DNA from: the human T2T-CHM13v2.0 reference genome, Homo sapiens
Assembly: GCF_009914755.1 (NCBI RefSeq)
Contig: NC_060936.1
DNA: 64,000 nt
Direction: 5' to 3' (one strand)
Shown: one piece after another, positions 42,320 to 59,302 of the stretch
Layout: each line of letters starts with the position of its first letter
How positions within the stretch are numbered: the first letter of the stretch is position 1
Translations under genes and position numbers: made by a program
Notes under the pieces: model-generated
Database searches by the model: none
Told to the model about the DNA's origin: nothing
What the model saw: only the letters and a program-made list of their open reading frames with translations

Positions 42320-43799
42320 CGAATGTTACCTCCTCCAGAATCTTTCTTTAATTGGCCTAGACAGAATTAAGCACTTCTTCCTCAGAGTTCCTTATATACT
42401 GGTCCATTTAGTCTACCAAGTATTAGAGTTAATTGACTTCACATGTATCTATCTATAAGCCTGAAGATGAGAATCTATGTTGCAGTCATTTTCAAATCTC
42501 ATAGTGCCCAATGCTACTATCAGTTATGATATAATGGAAAAAAATCATCAGAATTTACGTCTCAAGAATGAGAGTTCAGTTCTGATTGTGAAATAGGAAT
42601 AACAGTGAACATTCCCATAAATTTCCATGAAAAACCAAGTAAGAATGTATATGGGAACATCTACAGCTTTCAGCAAATGTATCTCATTATTAGTATACAA
42701 GGATATAAATACCCCAAATAAAATTTTAATATTTTCCTAAGATCTTAATTTCTCTAAGACTTCTAATCAAAATACATGATATGCTTTGTACTAATAAAGT
42801 ATTCTTGACAAGAAATATATAATAAAATTGAAATTCATGGATCTGCCAACTTTCCTATGGCCCACATAACAACATATGAATGAAAATATGACAAATTACT
42901 ACTTCATTCTCCTCTGCTCCTCTCTTCTAGATAAGTTTGCCCTAAAACCAAGAGACAAAATGATAGTTTCCTTTGTTAAATAATCTGGGAAACCCAAGAG
43001 CTTACCTATTTTTCACTGAAAAGTGGTAACCAAAAATTATATTATAAACAATAACAACTAATTCAGTTAATATTTACTGAATAGAAATACTTGCCACATA
43101 TTGTGCCAAGTGTCTTATACACATGATCTCATTTAATCTTCACAATCTTATAAATTAGGTACAAGTATTAATAATTCCATTTTATGGATGAAGAAATGGA
43201 GGCTTAGGGAAGCTGGTAATTCATTCAAAGTTGACGAGAATTACTTAACAGAATTAAGATTTAAACAGAGTTGCCTAACTCCTGAGCCTGAGCTCTTAAC
43301 TCCTATACTATAATATTTCTTGCTGGGGGGAGGTGAGGTTCAAGAATTTCTGAAATTCCTGAAATTTCTGTTTTCAAAGCACCAAAAATAACAGCATTAT
43401 TGAATTCCAGACAGAAGAACCAGCAAATAGATGGAAAGGCCATGAGGCAAGATGCCTAGTCTGTTCAAAGGCTCAACCAAGGGACCAGTGTAGGTTTAGC
43501 ACAAAGCCTAGAAAAGAGTGGAGGATGGAGTCAGAGAGGTGACAAGGCACCAAAGCATACCTCTGTAGGCCACCAGAACTCTGGCTTCTACCCTGAATGC
43601 AGCATAAATCCACTGATAGGCTTTCAATAAAACTGTCATGTTACCCAACACAAAATAATTTAAAATGATCATTATGGCTACAACGCAAAATAATTTAAAA
43701 CGATCACTGCGGCTACTGTGAAAAAAAATAGGTGTGGGAAAGATGACAGTTATGCCTACAAGGAGGCAACTGCAATAATTCCAGTGAAAAACAACAGTG

Positions 43800-44078
<279 letters not shown>

Positions 44079-44327
44079 AGTGCTCAGGATCAAAGAGAGA
44101 TGGAAAAAGGTAATGAGAAATAGATACTGGATATATTTTAAAGCTGAGCCAACAGAAATCTTAGGATTCTGTTGGATGTTTATAAAATAAAGGCTATAAT
44201 GCAGAAGAAAAGCCAAGCCATAAGTAAGTCGCCACACATATTTCAAAGTTATATCCTTAAATAGCTAATTCTTTAATGATCAAGTGACAAAGCTAATGAA
44301 TTTTTTTCTATGCTGAAAATGTCACTG

Positions 44328-44634
44328 GGCCAGGCCTCATGGTTGATTCCTATAATCCCAACACTTAAGGAGGCCGAAGCAGAAGGATCACTTGAGGTCA
44401 GGAGTTTGAGACCACCCCGGAAAACACAGCGAGACTCTGTCTCTACAAAAATAAAAAATAAAAATAAAAAAATTAGCTAGAAGCAGTGGTGCAAGTCTAC
44501 AGTCCTAGCTACCGCTGCTGAGGCAGGAGGATTGCTTAAGCCCAGGAAGTCCAGGCTGCGGTGTGTTATGATCATCCCACTGCACTCCAGCCTGGGCGAC
44601 AGAGCAAGACGCTGTCTCAAACAAACCAACAAAA
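44328..44634 (+). mobile_element. AluJ-like
   Basis: Diverged dimer. Confidence 0.87.
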
Positions 44635-45399
44635 TTCTATGAGCATTTTATAATAGGATATGAAATCTCCAACAGCAATGTCTATAAAATCACTCTAAAC
44701 AAGAAGAAAAATGCGTTAAGTGCACCAATTAATAGTCTACTCCATGAACTGTGAAGCCATATAATGCTAGGCTAATACAGGGCTAATTTCCCTCTTAGAT
44801 TGGAAAACTGAACACTAAAGCTATTCAAGATAAAAGCATGCCTTAAGTATTTGTAGTGGAAGCCTAAAAAACAAATGTGGTGGCAAAATTAAATAACAGA
44901 AAAGATTATATCCAAATAATTACACCAGAAACCAAAATGTTAATCATTCCATTTTCTTATTCATATACAAAATATTTTATAAACATAAAAATTCCTATAA
45001 CTTGCAATAATACAAAAATAAGGGACAACTCTAAGACTAAAATTATAGTCATTCAATTAACCAACATTCATTGGTCAATTAAGAGGGACACACTGAATAA
45101 ATGATAAACTATAATGAATACTACACAGTGGAGTACTACAACTGAAAAGAACAATGACGAGTATCTCTACACTCCACTAGATAGTGATCTCCAGAATAGA
45201 CTGTTAAGTGAAAAAAGCAAAGTGGAGAAATACGTGTGTGATATTCTATCATTTATTACAAAAGATGGGGGGATTAATACTTCAATAAAAATAATACTTT
45301 TATTAGCAAACTAGAAGATAGTTTTTTAAACTTTTTTTATAGGGTATGGGATGAAATATGGTGGTAGAGGAGGTATTGCCACTGGAACTAGTATTTTAC

Positions 45400-46024
45400 G
45401 TAAATTATAAAACAAAATTAAAATTTTAAAAAGTAAACTCAAGTGAATTCAACACATAGTAACCTGATGGTATATTCCAAGTTGAATATACTAAGGACAA
45501 AAAGAAATGCCAACAAAACAAAACCCTCAAAAACAAAACTTTGAATGATTTCAGTAATCATACTGGTGGTGGTGGTGGTGGCGGCATTATTATACTCAGT
45601 GTAACGTATGTGTAATACATGATGAAGCAAATTAGTAATTACGTGTTACTTTAATCCTGTGCTTCCCAGCAATGTATGAGAGGAAAGACAGTGACACAGG
45701 TTAGAAGAAGTTAAAGAAAAAAACACTTTGGTGCTGATTTCGACCTGGAAACAATGACCAACCCAATAGTAATGAGCACTCTCAGTAGCCATCCTAAGGA
45801 ACAGGGTTTCTTGGAGAAATGAGGACTCCAGGCCTTGGGCAGGAATATAAAAGATTAGTCTGGAAAATCTTGCAATACCAAAGAGTAAGGAAACTTTTAA
45901 AGACTACTTTATTTGGTCATGTCCCAAGGTCTTAGGAAGCCAACTTCAAGAGCCTCTCAATGACCAAAGATGGTTCAATTTGCCAACTGATAAGGATAAT
46001 AGCTGCAGTGGACTGAAACACATC
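45400..46024 (+). mobile_element. Old L1M (L1MC/L1MD-like) 3' region, left part; continues at 52202-52352 and 52726-52820
   Basis: The sequence reads through across the L1PA TSD (CACATC-AATATGTTCAAA-TGCATGAG) and across the THE1 LTR (TGTACTGAGG-GTAACCAAATAGTAG). Confidence 0.65.
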
Positions 46025-47057
46025 AATATGTTCAAACGGGAGTTACTTCCAAGATGTCCAAATAGGAACAGTTCTGGTCTGCAGCTCCCAGCAAGATCGA
46101 TGCAGAAGACGGGTGATTTCTGCATTTCCAACTGAGGTACCTGCTTCATCTCATTGGGACTGGTTGGACAGTGGGTGCAGCCCGCAGAGGGCGAGCTGAA
46201 GCAGGGCGGGGTGTTGCCTCACCTGGGAAGCGCAAGGGGTCATGGGATTTCCCTTTCCTAGCCAAGGGAAGCCGTGAGTGACCGTACCTGGAGAAGCAGT
46301 ATACTCCTGCCCAAATACTGCACTTCTCCCATGGTCTTTGCAACCAGCAGACCAAAAGATCCCCTCCCGTGCTTGGCTCGGTGGGTCTCACGCCCTTGCT
46401 CACTGCTAGCACAGCAGTCTGAGATCAACCTGCAATGTGGGAGCTTGGCGGGGGGAAAGGGCATCTGCCATTGCTGGGCTTGAGTAGGTGGTTCTAGGCT
46501 CACAGTGTAAACAAAGTGGCAGGGAAGCTAGAACTGGGCAGAGCTCAGCAAGGCCTACTGACTCTCTTGAATCCACTCTGGGGGCAGGGCATATTGGAAC
46601 AAAAGACAGCAGACAGCTTCTCCAGACTTAAACGTCTGTGCCTAACAGCTCTGAAGAGAGCAGTGGCTCTCCCAGCACAGCATTCAATCTCTGTAAACGG
46701 ACAGACTGCCTACTCAACAGGGTCCCTGACCCCTGTGCAGCCTGGCTGGGAGACACCTCCCAGCAGAAGAAAACAGACACCTCATACAGGGGGGTGCCCT
46801 TCTAGGACAAAGCTTCTAGAGGAAGGATCAGGCAGCAATATTTGCTGTTCTGCAGCCTCCATTGGTGATGCCCAGGCAAACAGGGTCTGGAGTGGACCTC
46901 CAGCAAACTCCAACAGACCTGCATCTGAGGGGCCTGTTAGAAGGAAAACTAACAAACAAAAAGGAATAGTATCAATATCAACAAAAAGGACATCCACACC
47001 AAAACCCCATCTGTAGGTCACCAACGTTAAAGACCAAAGGTAGATAAAACCACAAAG

Positions 47058-48081
47058 ATGGGGAAAAACCAGAGCAGAAAGGCTGAAAATTCTAAAAACC
47101 AGAGCACCTCTACTCCTCCAAAGGAACACAACTCCTCACCAGCAAGGGAACAAAACTGGGCAGAGAATGAGTTCGACAAAGTGACAGAAGTCAGCTTCAG
47201 AAGGTCGGTAATAACAAACTTCTCCGAGCTAAAAGAGCATGTTCTAACCCATAGCAAGAAAGCTAAAAACCTTGAAAAAAGGTTAGACAAATGACTAGCT
47301 AGAATAACCAGTGTAGAGAAGAGCTAAATGACCTGATGGAGCTGAAAACCACAGTACGAGAACTTTATGAAGCATACACAAGCTTCAATAGCCAATTCGA
47401 TCAGGCAGAAGAAATGATATCAGTGATGGAAGATCAAATTAATGAAATAAAGGAAAAAGAGAAGTTTAGAGAAAAAACAGTAAAAAGAAATGAATAAAGC
47501 CTCCAAGAAATATGGGACTATGTGAAAAAACGAAATCAATGTTTGATTGGTATACCTGAAAGTGACGGGGAGAATGGAACCAAGTTGGAAAACACTCTGC
47601 AGGATATTATCCAGGAGAACTTCCCCAACCTAGCAAGGCAGGCCAACATTCAAATTCAGGAAATACAGAGAACACCACAAAGATACTCCTTGAGAAGAGC
47701 AACCCCAAGACACACAATTGTCAGGTTCACCAAAGTTGAAATGAAGGAAAAAATGTTAAGGGCAGCCAGAGAGAAAGGCTGGGTTACCCACAAAGGGTAA
47801 CCATCAGACTAACAGCAGATCTCTTGGCAGAAACCCTAGAAGCCAGAAGAGAGTGGGGGCCGATATTCAACATTCTTAAAGAAAAGAATTTTCAACCCAG
47901 AATTTCATATCCAGCCAAACTAAGCTTCATAAGTGAAGGAGAAATAAAATCCTTTACAGACAAGCAAATGCTGAGAGATTTTGTCACCACCATGTCTGCC
48001 TTACAAGAGCTCCTGAAGGAAGCACTAAACATGGAAAGGTACAACTGGTACCAGCCACTGCAAAAACATGCCAAATTGTAA
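47058..48081 (+). pseudogene. L1 ORF1p remnant (RNA-binding protein), disrupted
   Basis: Track fragments 47058..47294, 47522..47800 and 47824..48081 are L1 ORF1p-like (...ENFPNLARQANIQIQEIQRTPQRY...; ...YQPLQKHAKL). Confidence 0.92.
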
Positions 48082-48144
48082 ATACCATCGACACTATGAA
48101 GAAACTGCATCAATTAATGGGCAAAATAACCAGCTGGCATCATA

Positions 48145-51965
<3,821 letters not shown>

Positions 51966-52352
51966 ACAATAAGAACACATGGAAACAGGGATGGGAACAT
52001 CACACACCAGGGTCTGTGGGGGGTGGGGGGTCAGGGGAAGGATAACATTAGGAGAAATACCCAATGTAGGTGATGGGTTGATGGGTGTGGCACACCATCA
52101 TGGCATCTGTATTCCTATGTAACAAAACTGTACGTTCTGCACATGTAACCCAGAACTTAAAAGTATAATACAAATAAAATAAAATAGAAAATATGTTCAA
52201 ATGCATGAGCTCCTAATATTACTTAAACTAGAAAAAAAAAATTAGTCCCTACTGAAGGTAGATAGCAAGGAAATTCATTATTTAAAAAGCCAGTACATAA
52301 GGAGAAATAATAAAGAATATATTCTGTCTCCCCTATAAAAATTGTACTGAGG

Positions 52353-52725
52353 TAATATGGTTTGGCTGTGTCCTTACCCAAATCTCATCTTGAATTGTAG
52401 TTTCCATAATCGCCACGTGTTGTAGGAGGAACCCAGAGGGAGGTAATTGAATCCTGGGGGTGGTTACCCCTATGCTTCTGTTCTTGTGACAGTGAGTGAG
52501 TTCTCATGAGATCTGATGATTTTATAAAGGGCTTTCCCCCCTTTGCTTGGCACTTCTTCCTGCCGCCATGTGAAGAAGAATGTGTTTGCTTCCCCTTCCA
52601 CCATGATTGTAAGTTTCCTGAGGCCTCCCCGCCCTGTGGAACTGTGAGTCAATTAAATCTTGTTCCTTTATAAATTACCCAGTCTTGAGCAGTTTTTTAC
52701 AACAGCGTGAGAATGGACTAATACA
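52353..52725 (+). mobile_element. THE1 solo LTR (THE1C-like)
   Basis: TAATATGGTTTGGCTGTGTCC...GGACTAATACA. Inserted into an old L1M 3' end. Confidence 0.9.
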
Positions 52726-53114
52726 AAGGGTAACCAAATAGTAGAGATGAGAAAGTTTCTTTTACAAAAATATTCCAACTAATAAATAAAAAAGAATGAC
52801 AATTAAAATGTTACCATTGTATAGTTCCTATGTTTTCATCTAATTATTTCTTCAGTCAGAGAACTTGGTTTTCAATGCTTTGCACACAGTAATTCAATTA
52901 TAATTTATGCCACAGATGTATAATGAATTGATAATTCAAGATTGGAACAATAAATTGCATACATGGGTTCTTGGGCTCTAAAATCATTTGCCTTTTCTAG
53001 TATGTCCAAAGTCATACTGTTCCATTTCATTTTTGATCCATAGCCAATGACATTAACACTGTAATTTTTAAGGAAGAGTATGCCTTGATGTGATAGTGGA
53101 AAGTTTATACTGCT

Positions 53115-53520
53115 TATATTAGTTTGCTAGGACTACCATAATAAAATGCCACACACTGGGTGGCTTAAACAATAGAAATATTATTTTCTCACAGTTCTGG
53201 TGCCTAGAAGTCCAAGATCAATGTGTTAGCAGCTTTGGTTTCTTCATAGGCCTCTCTCCTTGGTTGGTAGATGGCTGCCTTCTTGTTTCTTCACATGGTT
53301 TCTTTCCTGTCTATGAGAGGGGCCCTGGTGTCTCTTTTTTGTCCCAATGTCTTCCTCTTATAAGAAAACCAGCCAGACTGGATGAGAAACAACTCCATCA
53401 GCCTCATTTTAACTTAATCATCCCTTTAGAGGCCGCTTCTCCAAATAGAGTCACATTCTGAAGTACTGAAGGTTAGGGTTTCAAGTAAGAATTTTGGGTG
53501 ACACTATTCTGCCCATAATA
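53115..53520 (-). mobile_element. MLT1 (MLT1A/B-like MaLR) solo LTR
   Basis: TATATTAGTTTGCTAGG...GGTGGCTTAAACAATAGAAAT...CTCACAGTTCTGG...GCCCATAATA. TSD CTGCT/CTGAT. Confidence 0.82.
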
Positions 53521-54602
53521 CTGATTCAGCACCCCAAAGGAAAAGAATGATGTTAATGCATACATTTTAGTACCTGACCTGATATATATAGTAAGTGCTT
53601 ACATATTTATTGACTGCATAATTTTTAAAACATGTTAATCAAAGTAGTAACATTCTTAAGAATGAAAAAGTCAAGGCAGTGAGTATTTATTAAAACAATG
53701 CATATGCTGAGCATAAAATCAGGCTCCACAAACTCACTTCATTTATTTGTCCTCCATTCCATTCTGGAGAAAGGACATTACTAAACAACCTCTATTTTTA
53801 GTTTACCCTAGGACTTCTACCTTGTTAAGAATAAGCAAAAGTTGAGGGTAATTATTTTGGTGAAAAGGTGAGATAATTGAGCCAGTGTATGAAGAGCCAT
53901 CATTCATCTACCTATTCACTTGGCTTCTATTACGCTACAGACCAAATGTAAAATTGTTAAATGCCTAGAAATGATACTGTAATCTGACATTCTTTGTTCT
54001 ACTATTTCCAACAAAGGTTAAAAATTTAGAACTCAATGTATCCTAATCATCCTCAAATCCTCAGAGTAAACTAATCTAGGCTTAACTGCACATATCAATA
54101 GGGATGAATTACTACTATTCAGTGCATAAATGCAGTTAGTAAAGAAGCATATAAACAAACAACTGATGTGTTAGAGATGATGATGAATTTGCCAAGAACA
54201 TCAGAAACTCTTCCTGGAAGAAATGACCCTTATACAAACTGCATCTTGAGAGTCTGGTAGAAGCTGCTCAAGTAATGCAACAGCAGGCAAATAAACTATT
54301 ACGAAGAAAGGCACACTGATGTAAACCAGTAGGGAATGTTGGGGAACTAAAAGTAGTCCAGTATTGACAGAGTGAAAAATGTGAAGTGGAATACAATATG
54401 AGAAAAAAGACTTAGGAAGAAACTAGATCTTTCCAATTTTATAAATAATCTTAAATTACTGAGACTAAGTAGATTGGTCAAGCACACAAAGCTAGTGAAT
54501 GGCAGAACTAGGATTTGCAACAAATTTAACTCCAAAATACTTCAGTTACCACAGTGACCATATGCCCCAGTTTCTTACCCCCTGGGTTATAACTATTGTC
54601 TC

Positions 54603-54635
<33 letters not shown>
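54603..54635. repeat. (ATT)~10 microsatellite
   Basis: Read directly from the sequence. Confidence 0.95.
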
Positions 54636-54636
<1 letters not shown>

Positions 54637-54800
54637 AGTGCTTTCTTTCATGCCTATAAAACACTGATCTGTGGACTATCTTCACCCTATCAATTAGGCC
54701 ACCAGACTATTATTTTTCTATACCCAAGAAAACTAGGGTTTCATTAATTTCACTTAATCATTAGTGAAATTAACTGCTGAAAGAGGTGTTTTTAATGTAT

Positions 54801-55102
<302 letters not shown>

Positions 55103-55519
55103 TGCTAAAAGAGATTATGCTGATAAAAATGAGCATTCGGAAGGATTTTGGGCTATCATCACCTTAACAAATCATCCAGTATATGCTAGAGTTAAACTGC
55201 CTTTTATAAAAACAGTCATTATTTTAAAAAAGAATCTTGTGGCAGAAAGAATAAAAAGGAAAACTTATTCTTCTAATTTTAATCTGGTTCAAGGAAACTC
55301 CATAGTTTATAGCACAGTCATAAATTCAAACTAATTAGATTAGCAACTATAGTCAACCTTGGCCAAAAAAGGTCACTTTTGTTTGCACAAGTCCTGTAAA
55401 GCATATATTCCATATCCCACCCTCCAAAAACTGAAAATAGTCACCCTACTGATAACATTAGCAACTGCAACAAACTGCTTACCCTTCCTCATACTTCTTA
55501 TATACTAGCATGTAAAAGC

Positions 55520-55983
55520 TGAATATGCCAAGATATTTACTTTTCCTAGCTACAACATGGACAAATGACCAAGACCAGGCCAAAAGAAGTCCCATTATGG
55601 GATGTCTTCAGCAACTGGAGGGCTCTCTGGGAAAGGTTTTCCTCTTTGATGTACACAGAATACAGGGAGGATATTTTCTACTTGCAATCCATTTTTTTTT
55701 TATTTGCTTTTGGATGTGGATATGTAAAACACAATTCTAGAGTTGTGGCAATCATCTTGTAACCAAGAGGGGAGAAGGCTAAGAATAAAGTCCATTTTTG
55801 GGAAATTCAGAAGAAAAAACTGAAAGATTCCAGGTCCTTGCTGACATCACTGAGTGGCTTAATAAGCCTAAATGTCCTTCCTCTAAATGATATTTTATCC
55901 TGTATAACAAGTACCATTATTCTTTAGGTCATTTTAAATTGGGTATTCTATCACTTGCAGCTAAAAGCATTCCAACTGACACA
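55520..55983 (+). mobile_element. Old MLT1 (J/K-like) LTR relic
   Basis: GGCAATCATCTTGTAACCAAGAGG, CCAGGTCCTTGCTGACATCACTGAG, and a terminal CACTTGCAGCTAAAAGCATTCCAACTGACACA. Left boundary uncertain. Confidence 0.55.
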
Positions 55984-56428
55984 ATAGGTCTGTGACCCAA
56001 TCAAGTCTATGCAAAGAAATTATTCAAGACAATTAATATTGTCTTTTCAAACTCAGAAACATGAATACAAAAAGGAAACATAAGAATTAAACATCTGAAG
56101 AAAGAGGTTGAGTTTTAATTTTCCCAGTGTAGATACAAAAGGTAATGGTCAAAAGTTAATATGTACTATTTCCTATGAGCCAGGTCCTACGTTTGATGAA
56201 TTACTGCAGTTAATCGTCACAACAAACCTAGGAAATACTACTTTATAGAAGAGAAAACCAAAGCCTAGAAAAGTTAAACAACTTGCCAAGGTTATACTCC
56301 TTGATAGTGACTGAGGAGGCATTCATATTCCATATCAATTAACTCCAGAGCCTAATCATTAAGTATAGTTAAAGATAAATGCACAATTATCTGGGTTTTT
56401 TTTTCTATGAAGAGATCTAAGTCTTCTG

Positions 56429-56510
56429 TTGAGCAGGAAAAGTCCAAAAAGGAAGTAAAGAACTCGAGATTGAGCGGGAAAAGTACAAAAAGGAAGTAAA
56501 GAACTTGAGA
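56429..56510. repeat. Two-copy tandem duplication, 41-bp unit
   Basis: TTGAGC(A/G)GGAAAAGT(C/A)CAAAAAGGAAGTAAAGAACT(C/T)GAGA x2. Confidence 0.93.
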
Positions 56511-57505
56511 ATCACAATTGTTAGGTTTGAACAACCACTGCTGTTTTGCAACGGGAAAAAGACTTCCTCAGTTTATATACAAAGAAATCATGGCTCAGAA
56601 AGAGGAAACAAATTATGGAAAGATGTCGTATAGTTAGTGGCAGAGTCAGTAATAAAATTCGGGTAATTCAGACCTTATCGTTCCCAGGCCGGAGCACTTT
56701 TCATTTCACCATACAGTTTCTGCCTTGAAATTGAGATATTGTATCTCCAGCACAAATGGGGAAAAAAAGCAAAATGTAGACAAAAAACTATGAAGGCTTA
56801 CTAAGATATTTACAGAGTAGAATTCCCATATTCAATATTTATTCATTGATAAGCTTTCATATATGAGCAGAGAGACAACAAAACTGTTTACTGTGTGGAT
56901 AGATAGTAATAAGAAAAATAATTTAATGAAAAAATTATTTTTCAAGATATCTATACTTCCACTGTTAAATGCTTTAAAAAATCAGATGTTCTTAGTGTGT
57001 ACCCACACATTAAAGGTAGTAGAGAATACAATGACTATTTCTCATTGAATTTTCTAAAAAATGTATTTTTTAAAAAAGACAATCTTCAGAAAAACTAAGT
57101 AAACAGGCTCACTGGAGAACTATGTATCATATTCTCCCTATAGCAATGTAACCCAGTTGCCAAATTTATGATTATAAAGGAATGAGTTAGACTGCTAAGT
57201 ATTAACCCTCAATCATTTGAAAATGCTCTAGCTGTACTCAAAAGAAAAAAGATGGAGACAGAGAATGTGTACAATTACTAATGTTAATACGAAGTACCAA
57301 AGGCCAAAGAGGGTGGGGAGACAAAAAGAAGATCTGATTCTGAGAATATATGGATTCCCAATAACCACTTATTTTCTTTCTTGGAAAGAATAATTTTCAT
57401 GAATTAAAGTAATATAAGAGTTCACTCATTTATCTTTATCACTTCAATAAACATTCAGGTCTGTCAAACAGTATTAGAATAAAATGAAAACACAGAACTG
57501 GCTTA

Positions 57506-57637
<132 letters not shown>

Positions 57638-58218
57638 CTAAAAACAAAACAGAAAGCAAGATTGGAAAAAATACGAATTAACACTCCAAATAATACATCA
57701 ATAGAATAAAATTCCTACTTTGTAGCTTTTATAATATAAATATTCTCTGTAAATAAATCTGCTGCTATCTTGACTATACTCCATCAAACATGCTAATGAC
57801 ACTAAATTGTTAAGGGTCCTTGCTTAGGTACACATACAACAGTAGTGTATGTGCCTAGACTCTTTATGGCAACCCAATCTGGATAACAAGTACCTATTAA
57901 AATGAAGACATTATAATTAAGTACTAACAATAGTCTCTATAGCAGTGGTTCCCAAAAATGTTGTCTGCTGGGGGAAGGGGGAGTAGATTCCTTTAGGGAG
58001 TTGATTAGGGCAAAACTGTTTTCAAGAAAAAACTAAGATGTCATTTCCCTTTTTTACTTTGTTGACATGTACACGTGATGGTATAAAAGTACCAGCTGTA
58101 AAACTGCATGTGTTTTAGCACAAATAATGGCAGTGGCCAAAAAAACCCCACCTCTATTAACAGTCACTGTTTCAACCACTTTGTACTCATAATTTAAAAA
58201 AAAAAAAAAAAAAAACAT

Positions 58219-58371
58219 TGCTAAGCACAGTGGCTCATGCTTGTAATCCCATCTACTTGAGAGGCTGAGGCAGGAGGATCGCTTGAGTTTGAGTTCAAGG
58301 CTGCAATGAACTATGATCACACCACTGCACTCCAACCTGGGCAACAGAGTGAGACCCTGTCTCCAAAAAAA
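58219..58371 (+). mobile_element. Alu monomer within Charlie1
   Basis: Single arm with a short tail. Confidence 0.83.
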
Positions 58372-58694
58372 GTGGTGGTTAGGGGGCAGCAATTTTCACT
58401 CATATATGTCTTTGACAAAGCGGTACATATTAAATCTTGGCCCTTGTATACAGGTCTTTTTTATATTCTCTGGAACAAGATGGGAAGTGTATGTTAAAGC
58501 ACCTCTTCCAAGTATGATGGTTGTCTTGATGAAAAGCACTTGTGACATTGAGATGCAAGCTGACTTAGCCACTTTTCCATGCAACATTATGTCTACTTAA
58601 ATGACAAACTACAGTTAGTCTAACTTTGATTTTTGGGAGATCTTTTCTTGCAAATGAACAAAATGAGTCTGTCACTTCAAGAAAAGCAATTAAC

Positions 58695-59029
<335 letters not shown>

Positions 59030-59030
59030 T

Positions 59031-59302
59031 CAAGAAAAAATGAATTAGTTATTTTAATTAAAAAATGTTATTTGGTAACATGGGTAAATCGCTATTATTT
59101 TTAAATAGTGTTTTAAATCCTCAGTTTTAAACTCTAAGACTGTAAATATTAATACATACAACCAAGAAAAAATGAATTAGTTATTTTAATTAAAAAATGT
59201 CATTTGGTAACAGGGGTAAATCATTGTTATTTTTAAATGAATTAATTGTATTTTAAATCCCTGGTTTTAAACTCTAAGACTATAAATATTAATACATATA
59301 AC
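59031..59302. repeat. Two-copy tandem duplication, ~132-140 bp unit
   Basis: CAAGAAAAAATGAATTAGTTATTTTAATTAAAAAATGT...AAATATTAATACATA.AAC occurs at 59031 and again at 59163. Confidence 0.93.

Noticed and set aside
46516-47016. 166-aa plus-strand ORF upstream of L1 ORF1
   Set aside because: GC-rich L1 5'UTR open by chance, with a GTG start.
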